DNA from: Caenibius sp.
GTDB lineage: Bacteria; Pseudomonadota; Alphaproteobacteria; Sphingomonadales; Sphingomonadaceae
DNA length: 64,000 bases
Direction: 5' to 3'
Assembly: GCA_041396845.1 (NCBI GenBank)
Contig: JAWKXU010000002.1
Coordinates: 446,519 to 510,518, forward strand
Shown: positions 34,868 to 46,659 of the stretch, piece by piece
Position numbering within the stretch: the stretch's first letter is position 1
Layout: every line of letters starts with the position of its first letter
Notes under the pieces: model-generated
What the model saw: the letters and a program-made list of their open reading frames with translations, nothing else
The model's database searches: none
Told to the model about the DNA's origin: nothing
Program-made: the position numbers and the translations under genes

Positions 34868-35485
34868 ATGACTCCTACGCGCCTTTCCATCTTCCCTCTC
34901 GCTGGCGCGATTCTGTTTCCGGGCCTGCAACTGCCGCTTCACATCTTCGAGCCACGCTATCGCGCGATGGTGAGCGATGCCCTGGTACGCGACCAGCGCA
35001 TCGGGATGATCCAGCCGACCGAGTCGCGCGAAGGCGCGCCACTCTATTCAGTGGGGTGCGTAGGGCGGATAAGCGACGTTGAAGCGCTGGACGACGGACG
35101 CTTCAACCTTGTGCTGGAGGGCGAGTGCCGCTTTCGCATCCTGCGCGAACTGGATGTCACGACCAGCTTTCGTCAGGTCGAGGCGGAACTGATTGAAGAG
35201 CCGCAGGACGAGTTTCTAAGCGCGGTGGAGCGTGCGGACTTTGAACGCAACAGCCAGGCTTTTGCCGATGCACTGGGCTATTCGGTGGACTGGGACTCGG
35301 TCAAAAAGCTCGATGATACCTCGCTTATCAATGGCGTGGCCCAGATCGCGCCGTTTGACGAAGCGGCCAAACAGGCATTGCTCGAAGCGCCGGATCTTTC
35401 CACCCGCTGTGATCTTCTGGTCCAACTGATGCAATTCTTTGGCCGTCGCAGCGGCGGGGACGATTCGCCGCCCACGCTCCAATAA
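34868..35485 (+). CDS. LON substrate-binding (N-terminal) domain protein
   Basis: LSIFPLAGAILFPGLQLPLHIFEPRYRAMV. Confidence 0.8.
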   Translation: MTPTRLSIFPLAGAILFPGLQLPLHIFEPRYRAMVSDALVRDQRIGMIQPTESREGAPLYSVGCVGRISDVEALDDGRFNLVLEGECRFRILRELDVTTSFRQVEAELIEEPQDEFLSAVERADFERNSQAFADALGYSVDWDSVKKLDDTSLINGVAQIAPFDEAAKQALLEAPDLSTRCDLLVQLMQFFGRRSGGDDSPPTLQ

Positions 35486-35505
35486 GTTGCGCCAGCCTGC
35501 CTCGT

Positions 35506-36402
35506 TCAGATGGCGTCAGCCGGAAGTTTCAGCCCTTCGTTCCGGTAAGCGGCAACCAATGCGTTGCGAAGCAATACGGCAATCGTCATCGGGCCGACAC
35601 CGCCGGGAACGGGCGTAATCGCCCCTGCCACCGCGCTCGCGCCTGTAAAGTCCACATCGCCGACCAGTCGCCCCTTGTCCGCGCCCGGTTCGGGCGGCAG
35701 GCGATTGATGCCAACGTCGATCACGGTTGCGCCCGGCTTGATCCAGTCGCCCTTTACCATTTCAGCCCGCCCGACAGCGGCAACGACAATGTCAGCCCGG
35801 CGCACCACGTCCGGCAAGTTTTTCGTGCGACTGTGCGCGACAGTGACGGTACAGCTTTCGGCAATCAGCAACTGGGCCATCGGTTTGCCGACAATGTTGG
35901 AACGGCCGATCACCACCGCATCAAGCCCGGCAAGGCTGCCCAGCCTGTCTTTCAGCAACATGACGCAGCCAAGCGGCGTGCAAGGCACGAAGCCCGGCAA
36001 CCCCACGGCGAGCCGCCCGGCATTGATGACATGGAAGCCGTCCACGTCCTTGTCCGGATTAATCGCGGCAATGACTTTCTGTTCATCCATGTGATCGGGC
36101 AGGGGCAGTTGCACCAGGATGCCATCGACAAAACGATCCTGATTGAGCTTGTCGATCAGGGCCAGCAGCTCGTCCTCACTGGCGGTGTGGGACAGGCGGT
36201 GTTCAAAGCTCGCCATGCCGGCAGCCACGGTCTGTTGGCCCTTGGAGCGGACATAGACATGGCTGGCCGGATCATCACCCACCAGCACCACGGCAAGGCC
36301 CGCCTTGCGCATGGCCTTGCTTTCAAATGTAGCGGCAAGAATGGCGACCTTGTCCCGCAGGCTGGCGGCAAAGGCTTTGCCGTCGATCAGTTCAGCAGTC
36401 AT
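35506..36402 (-). CDS. folD: bifunctional methylenetetrahydrofolate dehydrogenase/cyclohydrolase
   Basis: ORF trimmed to ATG 36402. [53 protein letters not shown]. Confidence 0.92.
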   Translation of the reverse strand: MTAELIDGKAFAASLRDKVAILAATFESKAMRKAGLAVVLVGDDPASHVYVRSKGQQTVAAGMASFEHRLSHTASEDELLALIDKLNQDRFVDGILVQLPLPDHMDEQKVIAAINPDKDVDGFHVINAGRLAVGLPGFVPCTPLGCVMLLKDRLGSLAGLDAVVIGRSNIVGKPMAQLLIAESCTVTVAHSRTKNLPDVVRRADIVVAAVGRAEMVKGDWIKPGATVIDVGINRLPPEPGADKGRLVGDVDFTGASAVAGAITPVPGGVGPMTIAVLLRNALVAAYRNEGLKLPADAI

Positions 36403-36415
36403 TGGGAAACCCTCG

Positions 36416-36709
36416 TCACATCGCGCTAAGGGCAATGCCCGTGAGGATTTTCTGCACGATGACAAGCCCGATAATCAGCACCATCGGCGACAAGTCCAGC
36501 ATCCCCGTATCGGGCATGATACGGCGGATCGGGCGCAGCAATGGCTCCAGCAATGCATTGGCCGCTTTCCACAGCGAGGCAACAAGCTGGTTGTGCATGT
36601 TGACCACGTTGAACGCGATCAGCAGACTGAGCACGAACTGCACGATCACCAGGATGACGATGATGTTGATGAGATAGCCGATAATGTCGACCAGCGTATA
36701 AAGTAGCAA
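36416..36709 (-). CDS. yggT: YggT-family membrane protein
   Basis: 97 aa, two hydrophobic halves. ..[26 protein letters not shown]. Confidence 0.7.
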   Translation of the reverse strand: MLLYTLVDIIGYLINIIVILVIVQFVLSLLIAFNVVNMHNQLVASLWKAANALLEPLLRPIRRIMPDTGMLDLSPMVLIIGLVIVQKILTGIALSAM

Positions 36710-36808
36710 GGTGCGGCCCCCTGTATGAAAGGCGTTGTCGTGCTGCCTGTTAGCCGAGGGGGTGCCCGGTGTTCAAGCCGAACCGCCCCCGGCCATCATT
36801 TCAGCCCA

Positions 36809-37729
36809 TCAGGCGCGGATCAGTGTGCCCGCCCCGCGTGAGGTAAAGATTTCCAGCAGCATCGCATGGCGCACGCGGCCATCCAGCACGACGGCGGCTT
36901 CACACCCGGCCTCCACCGCGTGCACGCAGGTTTCCAGCTTGGGGATCATCCCGCCAGAGATCGTGCCATCCTTTGCCAGCCCGGCAATGTCGGCTGGCGT
37001 CAGGTCTGTCAGCAAGTCACCGTTCTTGTTGAGCACGCCCGGCACATCCGTCAGCAGGAACAGGCGCGCGGCCCCCAGCGCAGCAGCAACCGCGCCTGCC
37101 ATTGTATCAGCGTTGATATTGTAGGTATGGCCTTCCTCATCCGCGCCGATTGGGGCGATGACCGGTATAAGCCCGGCGGATACGGCAGTTTCAATGATGC
37201 GCGTATCGACATGAACCGGCTCACCCACAAAGCCGAGATCCACCACTTGTTCGATCGCGCTGTCAGGATCTTTGCGAGTGCGGGTCAGCTTGCGCGCTGT
37301 CACCAGCTTGCCATCCTTGCCCGAAATGCCAAGCCCCCTGCCGCCAGCGTTGTTGATGCCGCCCACCAGTTCCTTGTTGATCGCGCCGCACAGCACCATT
37401 TCGGCGATTTCCGCAGTCTGTTTGTCGGTCACGCGCAGCCCGTCGACAAAGCTTGATTCCACACCCAGCTTCTTCAGCATGGCGCCAATCTGCGGCCCGC
37501 CACCGTGCACGACAACGACGTTGATGCCCACTGCACCCAGCAAGGCCACATCGCGGGCAAAATCGCGCGCCGTTTCCGGGTCGCCCATTGCATGACCGCC
37601 ATATTTGATGACAAAGGTCTTGCCCGCATAGCGGCGCATATAAGGCAGAGCCTCGATCAGCACGCCGGCCTTGGCCAGCATCACTTCCGTCTCGCCGGTC
37701 GCGTCGGGATTGGCGCTCATCACTTTCAC
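36809..37729 (-). CDS. argB: acetylglutamate kinase
   Basis: FVIKYGGHAM, VVVHGGGPQI, ..NINADTMAGAVA... Confidence 0.92.
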   Translation of the reverse strand: MKVMSANPDATGETEVMLAKAGVLIEALPYMRRYAGKTFVIKYGGHAMGDPETARDFARDVALLGAVGINVVVVHGGGPQIGAMLKKLGVESSFVDGLRVTDKQTAEIAEMVLCGAINKELVGGINNAGGRGLGISGKDGKLVTARKLTRTRKDPDSAIEQVVDLGFVGEPVHVDTRIIETAVSAGLIPVIAPIGADEEGHTYNINADTMAGAVAAALGAARLFLLTDVPGVLNKNGDLLTDLTPADIAGLAKDGTISGGMIPKLETCVHAVEAGCEAAVVLDGRVRHAMLLEIFTSRGAGTLIRA

Positions 37730-37906
37730 TCCTTCAAAACCCCTTTCCCGGACCTGCCAGTGCCCGGTGCAGAATCACCCTGCCATCAACTGCAGTGCCC
37801 ATAGACCAGGTTTTGGCAGGAGTGGGCGCAAAATGTGGACCCGCCCCAAATTGTGGCACGCAACGGCTCTTGCGAATAAGCGGGCCTCACCCTAACGCGC
37901 GTGTCC

Positions 37907-39481
37907 ATGCACGACCAACACGCCCCCGATTCCATCCTTATTGTCGACTTCGGCAGCCAGGTCACCCAGCTTATCGCCCGCCGTGTGCGCGAAGCCGGGG
38001 TCTATTGCGAGATCGCGCCCTTCACCATGGCGGAAGACGCCTTTGCCCGGCTGGCCCCGAAGGGGATCATCCTGTCGGGCGGCCCGGCGTCCGTCTGTGA
38101 CGAGGGTTCACCCCGCGCGCCGCAGGCACTGTTCGACGCCGGCATTCCGATCCTTGGCATTTGCTATGGCCAGCAAGTGATGAGCCACCAGCTTGGCGGC
38201 GAAGTAAAGCCGGGCCATGAAACAGGCGAAGGCGGCGAATTTGGCCGCGCTTATCTCACAGTCACGAAGGGCTGCGCGCTGTTCGATGGCCTCTGGGCCG
38301 AAGGCGAACGGCATCAGGTGTGGATGAGCCACGGCGACAAGGTGACGCAGTTTGCCCCCGGTTTCGAGATCGTTGCCACCAGCGACGGCGCGCCGTTTGC
38401 CGTCATCGCCAATGAAGAGCGCAAGTTCTATGGCACGCAGTTCCACCCCGAAGTGGTCCACACGCCGGACGGGGCAAGGCTGCTGGCCAATTTCGTCCAC
38501 CGCGTTTGCGGGCTTGCGGGCGACTGGACAATGGCCGCCTATCGCGAAACAAAAATTGCCGACATCCGCGCGCAAGTCGGCGATGGCAAAGTCATCTGCG
38601 GGCTTTCCGGCGGAGTGGACAGCTCTGTCGCGGCGATCCTCATTCACGAAGCGATTGGCGACCAGCTTACCTGTGTCTTTGTCGATCACGGGTTGCTGCG
38701 TTTGAATGAGCGGGAACAGGTCGAAACCATGTTCCGCGACCATTACAATATCCCGCTGGTGGTGGTGGATGCCGAAGAACGCTTCATGAAAGGGCTGGCA
38801 GGCGTCACTGACCCCGAAAAGAAGCGCAAATTCATCGGCGCGGAGTTCATCAACGTCTTCGAAGAAGAAGCAAACCGCATCGGCGGCGCGGATTTTCTGG
38901 CGCAAGGCACGCTCTATCCCGATGTGATCGAAAGCGTTTCGTTCACCGGCGGGCCAAGCGTGACGATCAAAAGCCATCACAATGTCGGCGGCTTGCCCGA
39001 ACGCATGAACATGAAGCTGGTCGAACCCTTGCGCGAACTGTTCAAGGATGAAGTGCGCGATCTTGGCCGCGAACTGGGCCTGCCGGATATTTTCGTGGGT
39101 CGCCATCCGTTTCCCGGACCTGGCCTTGCCATCCGCATCCCCGGCGAAGTGACGAAGGAACGCTGCGATATTCTGCGCAAAGCAGACGCCATCTATCTTG
39201 AAGAAATCCGCAATGCCGGGCTTTACGATGCAATCTGGCAGGCTTTTGCCGTGCTGCTGCCGGTAAAAACCGTGGGCGTGATGGGCGACGGGCGGACTTA
39301 TGACAGCGTCTGCGCCTTGCGCGCTGTCACCAGCACGGATGGCATGACGGCGGACGTCTATCCCTTTGACGCCGCATTCCTGACCGGATGCGCCACACGC
39401 ATCGTCAACGAGGTAAAAGGCGTCAACCGGGTGGTCTATGACTATACGTCAAAGCCGCCCGGCACGATCGAGTGGGAGTAG
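37907..39481 (+). CDS. guaA: glutamine-hydrolysing GMP synthase
   Basis: GATase domain ILGICYGQQ plus ATP-PPase motif [10 protein letters not shown]. Ends ..PPGTIEWE. Confidence 0.95.
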   Translation: MHDQHAPDSILIVDFGSQVTQLIARRVREAGVYCEIAPFTMAEDAFARLAPKGIILSGGPASVCDEGSPRAPQALFDAGIPILGICYGQQVMSHQLGGEVKPGHETGEGGEFGRAYLTVTKGCALFDGLWAEGERHQVWMSHGDKVTQFAPGFEIVATSDGAPFAVIANEERKFYGTQFHPEVVHTPDGARLLANFVHRVCGLAGDWTMAAYRETKIADIRAQVGDGKVICGLSGGVDSSVAAILIHEAIGDQLTCVFVDHGLLRLNEREQVETMFRDHYNIPLVVVDAEERFMKGLAGVTDPEKKRKFIGAEFINVFEEEANRIGGADFLAQGTLYPDVIESVSFTGGPSVTIKSHHNVGGLPERMNMKLVEPLRELFKDEVRDLGRELGLPDIFVGRHPFPGPGLAIRIPGEVTKERCDILRKADAIYLEEIRNAGLYDAIWQAFAVLLPVKTVGVMGDGRTYDSVCALRAVTSTDGMTADVYPFDAAFLTGCATRIVNEVKGVNRVVYDYTSKPPGTIEWE

Positions 39482-39514
39482 AGGCGAGCCTTTAGGGTCA
39501 GGACCCCTGCCCGC

Positions 39515-39919
39515 TTACTTCACCTTTTTGTAAGGCACGAAATCGCCAAGGAAGACCGAGCCGGTAAACATGTGCGTGCTCTGGTCCATCGTGGTCACGA
39601 TGTCCTGCTTGCACAACTGGCTGCCCGTCCGTTTCATCACCAGCACATCAAAGTAATCGAGGTCTTCGGGATTGGCCGGACGGTTCACCCAAACCGTATC
39701 GCCACGCTTGTAGACCAGCGCCGTCCTGTGGATCACGCGCAGATTGTACGAATCGAACATGCTGATACACGATTGCGGCTCACCCGCTTCGCGCCCTTCC
39801 AGCATTTTGGCGAGTTGTTCCTCGCCGCTCGGCTTTGGCTTGGCGACAGCACCGGGGGCGCTGGCCACCATGGCGAGGGCTGCTGCTGCAGTCGCGATCG
39901 CGGAGAATATCTTTCGCAT
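39515..39919 (-). CDS. hypothetical secreted protein
   Basis: ATG 39919 after AGGAGA. Signal peptide MRKIFSAIATAAAALAMVASAPGAVA. Confidence 0.55.
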   Translation of the reverse strand: MRKIFSAIATAAAALAMVASAPGAVAKPKPSGEEQLAKMLEGREAGEPQSCISMFDSYNLRVIHRTALVYKRGDTVWVNRPANPEDLDYFDVLVMKRTGSQLCKQDIVTTMDQSTHMFTGSVFLGDFVPYKKVK

Positions 39920-39990
39920 GGTTTTTCTCCTGAATGTAATCGACCCGAAATACACCTTGTGAGCTTAACCGTGGATGACTTGTGGGCCTG

Positions 39991-41445
39991 TCAGGCCGTT
40001 CCGCCCACCGTCAAACCTTCGACCAGCAGGGTCGGCTGACCAACCCCTGCAGGCACGCTTTGTCCGCCCTTACCGCAAACGCCGATACCTTCGTCCAGCC
40101 CCAGATCGTTGCCAATGCCCGCAACTTTGGTGAGGACGCTTGGCCCATCGCCGATCAGCGTAGCCCCCTTGATCGGGGCGCCGACTTTGCCGTTCTCCAC
40201 CTTGTAGGCTTCGGTGCAACTGAACACGAACTTGCCGGACACAATATCAACCTGACCACCGCCGAAGCTCTTGGCGAAAATGCCGTTCTTCACCCGGCTC
40301 AATAGCTCCGCCGGATCATCGTTGCCTGCTTTCATGAATGTGTTGGTCATGCGCGGCATCGGGGCATGTGCATAGGATTCGCGTCGCCCGTTGCCGGTGG
40401 CCTCCACGCCCATCAGCCGGGCATTGAGCCGATCCTGCATATACCCACGCAAAATCCCGTCCTCGATCAGCACGGTTTCCTGCGTGGGTGTGCCTTCATC
40501 GTCGATGGAGAGCGACCCGCGCCGCGCCACACCGTCCGAAAAAACCAGCGAGCCATCGTCCACCACGGTTACACCGGGCGCGCCGACCCGTTCACCAATG
40601 CGACCGGAAAAGGCGCTGGTCCCCTTGCGGTTGAAATCACCTTCAAGCCCATGCCCGACAGCCTCATGCAACAAGACCCCCGGCCAGCCGGGGCCGAGCA
40701 GCACAGTCATTTCACCAACCGGCGCGGCCACGCTTTCAAGGTTGGTAAGCGCCTGCGCCAGTGCCTCATCCACCCCGCGGTTCCATGTCGCAGCATCGAA
40801 CAGGGTGTCATACAGATAACGCCCGCCAATACCGAAGCTGCCAGTTTCGCGCCGGTCCCCGTCCTGCGCCACAATCCCGATATTAAGCCGGACCAGCGGG
40901 CGGACATCCTGCGCGACAAAGCCATCGGCGCGCACGATTTCGACCACGCTCCAGCTCCCGGCCAGGCTGACGCTGACTTGCGCCACCCGTGGATCGCGCG
41001 CGCGCGCCGCCGCATCGATCGTTTCCAGCAGGCGCACCTTTTCGGCAAAAGTCACTGCATCAAGCGGGCTGACATCAGTATAAAGGTGCCGGTTGTTGAG
41101 GCGCGGCGGTGGGGCCGCGGTCCCGATCGCAGGGTCAAGCAGTTCCAGCGTCGTCCCCGCGCGGGCAATGGCCGCCGCGCTGATTTCATTGGCATGGGCA
41201 AAGCCCGTCATCTTGCCCGAAACACCGCGCAGGCCAAAACCGGAATCCCGCGAATAGTCCGCCGTTTTCAGCCGCCCATCATCGAACGCGAAAGATTCGC
41301 TGGCGATAAACTGGAGGTAAAGTTCCCCGTCATCACACTTGGCCAGCGTGCTGGCAGCAAGGCGGCTTGCTTCATCGGGCGTCAGTTTCCCGTCGGCATA
41401 AAGGAAAGATCGCGGATCAGCGGGCAGCGTGGCAGTTGTTGTCAT
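39991..41445 (-). CDS. tldD: metalloprotease TldD
   Basis: ORF trimmed to ATG 41445. HEAVGHGLEGD zinc motif. PmbA/TldD-type C-terminus. Confidence 0.9.
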   Translation of the reverse strand: MTTTATLPADPRSFLYADGKLTPDEASRLAASTLAKCDDGELYLQFIASESFAFDDGRLKTADYSRDSGFGLRGVSGKMTGFAHANEISAAAIARAGTTLELLDPAIGTAAPPPRLNNRHLYTDVSPLDAVTFAEKVRLLETIDAAARARDPRVAQVSVSLAGSWSVVEIVRADGFVAQDVRPLVRLNIGIVAQDGDRRETGSFGIGGRYLYDTLFDAATWNRGVDEALAQALTNLESVAAPVGEMTVLLGPGWPGVLLHEAVGHGLEGDFNRKGTSAFSGRIGERVGAPGVTVVDDGSLVFSDGVARRGSLSIDDEGTPTQETVLIEDGILRGYMQDRLNARLMGVEATGNGRRESYAHAPMPRMTNTFMKAGNDDPAELLSRVKNGIFAKSFGGGQVDIVSGKFVFSCTEAYKVENGKVGAPIKGATLIGDGPSVLTKVAGIGNDLGLDEGIGVCGKGGQSVPAGVGQPTLLVEGLTVGGTA

Positions 41446-41495
41446 ACCTGCCGATATAGACCCTTCACGCGCCAAGTGAAGGGTTTGACGCAGGA

Positions 41496-41711
41496 TCAGG
41501 CCGCTTGCTGGCCGTGCTCTCCACCCTTCAGCACGAAACGCCGATCGCAATAGCCGCAATCGACATAGCCTTTTTCGTCAATTTCCAGCCACACGCGCGG
41601 GTGGCCAAGAGCAGCAGCCTTGTAACCCGCACCGGAGCGAATATCGCCGGACCCGTCACAGCAGACCCGGTGGCTTTCGACATAAGTCGTTTCTGGCGGA
41701 GGAATCGTCAT
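41496..41711 (-). CDS. zinc-finger (zf-CHCC-type) small protein
   Basis: [44 protein letters not shown]. Confidence 0.7.
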   Translation of the reverse strand: MTIPPPETTYVESHRVCCDGSGDIRSGAGYKAAALGHPRVWLEIDEKGYVDCGYCDRRFVLKGGEHGQQAA

Positions 41712-41733
41712 GCAGCGCCGGTTATCACCAGTG

Positions 41734-42300
41734 TTACTGATAATCCAGCAGGATCGTGAAAGTGCCTGAATAGGTGCCCGGTGTCTGGTTCGCCCCGACA
41801 TTGAGCCTGCCGGCGATATAATACCTGAAGTCACCGCCCGCGCTTAAAATACGGTAACGCGCAAAACCCTGCCCCTGAGAAAAACTGATAAGCGAAAGGC
41901 CCGCCGAAACGCCGGAGGTCATATTGTCCACCAGCATGTCCGTACCCGGTCCGGTCAGCGTCATTTTACGGCTGCCCGGCAGCTTCAGGCGAAAAACCTG
42001 GTTCGGTAGCCCGTGCCCCATGAACTCTGCCGCCTGACATGGGCCGGACTGGATGATCCCGCCTGCCGCCGTGCACGTCGCCGTGCTGGCAGGGGTCATG
42101 ATCACCGTCCCGGCGTTGGTCGTGGGGATGACATTGCCGAAATCCATATCCCTGACCTTGCTGACGCTTAGCGGATCGACAATCTCGATCTGGACGGGCA
42201 CGGCTATCGGGGCAGGCGCGGCATGGGCAGGCACAGCCAGCCACAGGCCATAAACGGCCAGCAACCAGATGCGCAGGATTCGTGGCACAGTTCGCCCCAT
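41734..42300 (-). CDS. secreted DUF4402-like protein
   Basis: Signal peptide ..LAVPAHAAP, then ..[16 protein letters not shown]... The family call is from memory. Confidence 0.45.
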   Translation of the reverse strand: MGRTVPRILRIWLLAVYGLWLAVPAHAAPAPIAVPVQIEIVDPLSVSKVRDMDFGNVIPTTNAGTVIMTPASTATCTAAGGIIQSGPCQAAEFMGHGLPNQVFRLKLPGSRKMTLTGPGTDMLVDNMTSGVSAGLSLISFSQGQGFARYRILSAGGDFRYYIAGRLNVGANQTPGTYSGTFTILLDYQ

Positions 42301-42453
42301 GCGCCCGCATTAGGAGAAATGCGTTAACGCACTGATAAACATGAAGTGGGGGAGTATTAACCATCCTTGCCTCACCGCTGCGGCAAGTCCGGGCGATGGG
42401 GCTATCATTGCCCTCTTTACCTCTCGCCCCTCCTGCCCCAAGAACGTTGCACG

Positions 42454-43446
42454 ATGCCTGAAACCCTGCCCGATCCCGCCGTGACCAAGCCCGCCATCGC
42501 CATCCGCGATGTCTTCAAGACATATGCCGGCCACAAGGACGAACCTCCCAAACAGGCACTGGCCGGGGTCAGTTTCGATGTGCCGCAAGGCGGTGTATTC
42601 GGCTTGCTCGGCCCCAATGGCGCGGGCAAGTCCACCCTGATCAACATCATGGCCGGACTGGTCAACAAAACGGCAGGAAGCGTTGCCATCTGGGGGCATG
42701 ACATCGACCGGGATCGCCGCAATGCCAAAGCCTGCATCGGCATTGTCCCGCAAGAAATCGTGTTCGATCCTTTTTTCACACCGTTCGAAGTGCTGGAAAA
42801 TCAGGCCGGGTTTTATGGCGTGGCAAAGGCCCTGCGCCGATCAGAGGACTTGTTGCGTGCCGTCCACTTGGCCGACAAGCGCAATGCATACGCCCGCAGC
42901 CTGTCAGGCGGCATGAAACGGCGGCTGCTGATTGCCAAGGCGATGGTCCATTCGCCGCCGATTCTGGTGCTGGATGAACCCACCGCCGGGGTGGACGTCG
43001 AATTGCGACGGCAGTTGTGGGAACTGGTCAGCGAACTCAACGCACAAGGCGTGACCATTGTGCTCACCACCCATTATCTGGAAGAAGCCGAAGAATTGTG
43101 CGACCAGATCGCGATTATCAATAAAGGCACGCTGATTGCCAACCGCCCCACCCATGATCTGGTCGGCATGATGCGTGAAAAGGCCGTCGTGCTGACGCTG
43201 GATCGTGACGTGGTTGAACCGCCCAGCGCCCCGCAAATCCAGAAATGCGTGAAACTTGCTGATCGCGTGATAGAAATCACTTATGACCGCGATAAGACAA
43301 GTGCGGGACAGGTTCTCGCCATGGTGCAGAACCAGGGATACGGGATTGAGGATGTGACCACGCGTGAGGCTGACCTTGAAGATGTGTTCGTCAACCTGAC
43401 ATCTGGCAGCGGCGGCGCGCTGGCCGGGTCCGAACCGGCAGTCTGA
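42454..43446 (+). CDS. ABC transporter ATP-binding protein
   Basis: Walker A GPNGAGKST, signature LSGGMKRR, Walker B ILVLDEPTAG. No permease gene adjacent. Confidence 0.85.
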   Translation: MPETLPDPAVTKPAIAIRDVFKTYAGHKDEPPKQALAGVSFDVPQGGVFGLLGPNGAGKSTLINIMAGLVNKTAGSVAIWGHDIDRDRRNAKACIGIVPQEIVFDPFFTPFEVLENQAGFYGVAKALRRSEDLLRAVHLADKRNAYARSLSGGMKRRLLIAKAMVHSPPILVLDEPTAGVDVELRRQLWELVSELNAQGVTIVLTTHYLEEAEELCDQIAIINKGTLIANRPTHDLVGMMREKAVVLTLDRDVVEPPSAPQIQKCVKLADRVIEITYDRDKTSAGQVLAMVQNQGYGIEDVTTREADLEDVFVNLTSGSGGALAGSEPAV

Positions 43447-43453
43447 TTGTAAC

Positions 43454-45043
43454 GTGGTGGCAACCCGGCCTTATGACGTGCTCGTCATCGGTTCCGGCGC
43501 AGCCGGGCTGACGGCCGCGCTCGCGCTGGCGCAGGAACACCGCGTGCTCGTGCTGGCCAAGGGCGCGCTCAATTCCGGCTCGACCGCATGGGCGCAAGGC
43601 GGAATCGCCGCCGTGCTGGACGCGGGCGACACGTTTGAAAACCATATCCGCGATACAATGATCGCAGGCGCAGGACTCAATCGGCAGGAAACGGTCGAAT
43701 TCGTGATCGAACGCGCACCCCAGGCGATCGAGCGGCTGCGCGAACTGGGTGTGCCTTTCAATACCGAAGGGCCAAACCTCCACCTCACGCGCGAAGGCGG
43801 GCATTCCCACCGGCGGATTGTCCATGTTGACGATGCCACGGGATGGGCCGTGCAGGCTGCACTGCTGAAAGCGGCGGAGGAACACCCCAACATTACCCTG
43901 CTGCCCAATCACACCTGTATCGACTTCATCACCGGCAGACATGAAGTGCGCTATTCCGGGTCGGGCCGGGTTTGGGGCGTCTATGCGCTGGACACCTTGA
44001 CTGGCCGGGTCGAAGCGCACGTGGCGCATGTCACCGTGCTCGCGAGTGGCGGGGCCGGGCGTTGCTATCTTTTTTCAACTGCCCCGCGCGGCGCAACGGG
44101 CGATGGCATCGCCATGGCCTGGCGGGCAGGCGCGCGCGTGGGCAATATGGAAATGATGCAGTTCCACCCGACCTGCCTTTACAATCTGGAAGTGAAAAAC
44201 TTCCTCATTACCGAGGCTGTGCGCGGCGAAGGCGGGCGGCTTATCAACCCGCGCACTGGCAAACGGTTCATGGAGTTCTACGATCCGGAGCGGCTGGAAC
44301 TGGCCCCGCGCGATATCGTTGCGCGCGCGATCGATTCTGAAATCAAACGCTTCGGGCTGGACTATGTGCATCTCGATATCAGTCACAAACCAGCCGATTT
44401 CGTAACCGGGCACTTCCCGACGATCCACGAAAAGCTGTTATCGCTGGGAATCGACATGACGACCGGGCCGATCCCCGTTGTCCCGGCCCAGCATTACACA
44501 TGCGGCGGGGTGATGATCGACCTTGACGGACGCACCGATCTGCCGGGGCTTTATGCGGCCGGTGAATGCACTGAAAGCGGGCTTCACGGGGCCAATCGTC
44601 TTGCGTCAAACAGTCTGCTGGAATGCTTCGTGTTTGGCGATGCGGCCGCGCGCCACATCCTCGCCAACTGGGACAGTTTTGAAGCCCCCCCGCCCATCTG
44701 CCCGTGGGATGAAAGCCGCGTAACCGATTCCGACGAAGAAGTGGTCATCAAGCAGAACTGGACCGAAATTCGCCGTTTCATGTGGAACTATGTCGGCATC
44801 GTGCGCACGACCAAGCGGCTGGAACGCGCGCAGCACCGGATCAAACTGCTGAACGGCGAGGTGAACGAATACTACGCCCATTTCCGCGTTTCGACCGATC
44901 TTATCGAACTGAGAAACCTGCTGCAAAGCGCCGACCTTATCGTGCGCAGTGCCTTGAAACGCCATGAAAGTCGCGGACTGCACTATATCCTCGACTATCC
45001 CGACACCAACCAATCCCCCACTGATACCGTGCTGGTTCCCTGA
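43454..45043 (+). CDS. nadB: L-aspartate oxidase
   Basis: GTG start. DVLVIGSGAAG, ..HRRIVHVDDATG.., ..GANRLASNSLLE... Confidence 0.9.
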   Translation: MVATRPYDVLVIGSGAAGLTAALALAQEHRVLVLAKGALNSGSTAWAQGGIAAVLDAGDTFENHIRDTMIAGAGLNRQETVEFVIERAPQAIERLRELGVPFNTEGPNLHLTREGGHSHRRIVHVDDATGWAVQAALLKAAEEHPNITLLPNHTCIDFITGRHEVRYSGSGRVWGVYALDTLTGRVEAHVAHVTVLASGGAGRCYLFSTAPRGATGDGIAMAWRAGARVGNMEMMQFHPTCLYNLEVKNFLITEAVRGEGGRLINPRTGKRFMEFYDPERLELAPRDIVARAIDSEIKRFGLDYVHLDISHKPADFVTGHFPTIHEKLLSLGIDMTTGPIPVVPAQHYTCGGVMIDLDGRTDLPGLYAAGECTESGLHGANRLASNSLLECFVFGDAAARHILANWDSFEAPPPICPWDESRVTDSDEEVVIKQNWTEIRRFMWNYVGIVRTTKRLERAQHRIKLLNGEVNEYYAHFRVSTDLIELRNLLQSADLIVRSALKRHESRGLHYILDYPDTNQSPTDTVLVP

Positions 45044-45151
45044 TTATGTGACCAGGGAAACTTTCCAACTGGTCAGCATCCCGTTCCATGCTAGAACACG
45101 CGGCCAGACAGCGCATGGATTCGGTGCGCACCACGATAAAGGAGATGATGA

Positions 45152-45994
45152 ATGGGAAGGCTTGAAGGCAAGGTTGCCGTCATTACCGGCGGCGTCAGCG
45201 GGATCGGGCTTGGCACTGTGGAACTGTTCGTGGCCGAAGGCGCGAAAGTTGCGGTGGGCGACATTCAGGACGATCTTGGCAAGGCCTTGCAGGACCGTTT
45301 TGGCGGCGATGTGATCTATGTCCACACCGATGTGACCCGTGAAGCGGCAATCGGTGCGCTGGTGAATACTGCCGTGGAAACCTTCGGCAAGCTGGACATC
45401 ATCTTCAACAATGCCGGCGCGGGCGGCGACATGTCACCGATGACCGACCTTGGGGAAGAAGGGTTCAATCGCACGCTCGCCCTGCTCGTCAATTCGGTGA
45501 TGTTCGGTCACAAGCACGCCGCAAACCAGTTCATCAAGCAAGGCACCGGCGGGGCGATCATCTCCACCGCCAGTGCCGCTGGCCTGCAAGGCGGCTGGTC
45601 TGGCGCGGCCTATACCGTCGCCAAACATGCCGTCACGGGCATCGTGCGACAGGCCGCTGCCGAACTTGGCCCGCATGGCATCCGTTCCAACGCCATCTGC
45701 CCCGGCGTGATCATGACACCAATCATGGCCAATACATTCGGTGTCCCGGCGCAGGAAGCAACCGAGTTCGAAGGCTATCTGAGCGAGAAGATCGGCACGA
45801 TCGTCCCATCGCGGCGCGCCGGTTTCCCCAACGACATCGCCGAAGCTGCGCTGTATCTTGGCAGTGACGGCAGTGACTATGTGAATGGCGTGCTGCTGCC
45901 TGTCGATGGCGGGTCAACAGGTGTTGTCACCGGGCCATTTTCCAAGGTGATGATTGATTCGGCAGCCGAATTCAACAAATCGAAAGGCCGCTGA
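45152..45994 (+). CDS. SDR-family oxidoreductase
   Basis: VITGGVSGIG, NNAG, YTVAKHAV. Confidence 0.85.
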   Translation: MGRLEGKVAVITGGVSGIGLGTVELFVAEGAKVAVGDIQDDLGKALQDRFGGDVIYVHTDVTREAAIGALVNTAVETFGKLDIIFNNAGAGGDMSPMTDLGEEGFNRTLALLVNSVMFGHKHAANQFIKQGTGGAIISTASAAGLQGGWSGAAYTVAKHAVTGIVRQAAAELGPHGIRSNAICPGVIMTPIMANTFGVPAQEATEFEGYLSEKIGTIVPSRRAGFPNDIAEAALYLGSDGSDYVNGVLLPVDGGSTGVVTGPFSKVMIDSAAEFNKSKGR

Positions 45995-46228
45995 CCGGCC
46001 TGTTTCCGATTCGCCGACAGCAAGCCGTCTCTCGTCAGAAACGGCCTGTCGGCGGCTTCTTCACTTGCCCGCTAAGGCACGTCCGTTGGTCGCAAACGGG
46101 CTTGCCCACCACTGCATGAAAACGGCACTCGGCCCTTTGAGGTTACCGCGTAGAGCGTTCGCGTTAACGGTAAGGGGAAAGCCATGGTTCATCGTGTGGA
46201 TCTTACGGCCCTGCAAGGAGAAAGAGCC

Positions 46229-46546
46229 ATGCAGGACCGGCGCAGGGAAACGCGCAAGAACACCGATATCGCCGTGAACTGCCGGGTTGATGCCCACGTT
46301 TACCCGACTCGCGTGTTCAATTTTTCAAACAACGGGTGCCAGGTCGAATTGCCGACCGGCTCTGTCATGCCCGGATCGCGCGTGTTGATTGAACTCAACC
46401 GCAGGCTGGTCTTTCCCGCCACGGTGCGCTGGGCTGTGGGCGACCGGGCCGGGATGGAGTTTGCCAGCCCACAGCACGGGGCCATGCTGGAACAACTCCA
46501 CGCAAGCCGCAGCAGCAGAACCGGCGCGCACGCAAGCACACATTAA
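46229..46546 (+). CDS. PilZ-domain protein
   Basis: ATG 46229 after AGGAGA. RRRETRKN..N(F)SNNGCQVE, i.e. RxxxR and (D/N)xSxxG-type motifs. Confidence 0.6.
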   Translation: MQDRRRETRKNTDIAVNCRVDAHVYPTRVFNFSNNGCQVELPTGSVMPGSRVLIELNRRLVFPATVRWAVGDRAGMEFASPQHGAMLEQLHASRSSRTGAHASTH

Positions 46547-46659
46547 AAGCACCACAAGTTACCCAGGCCCGGGTCGCATCGGGCAGTGATGAGGGTGTCG
46601 GGCGGCGGGGTGTCGGTCAGATTGTTTCAATCAGCCGGTCATCTGCCGCCCGATAAATA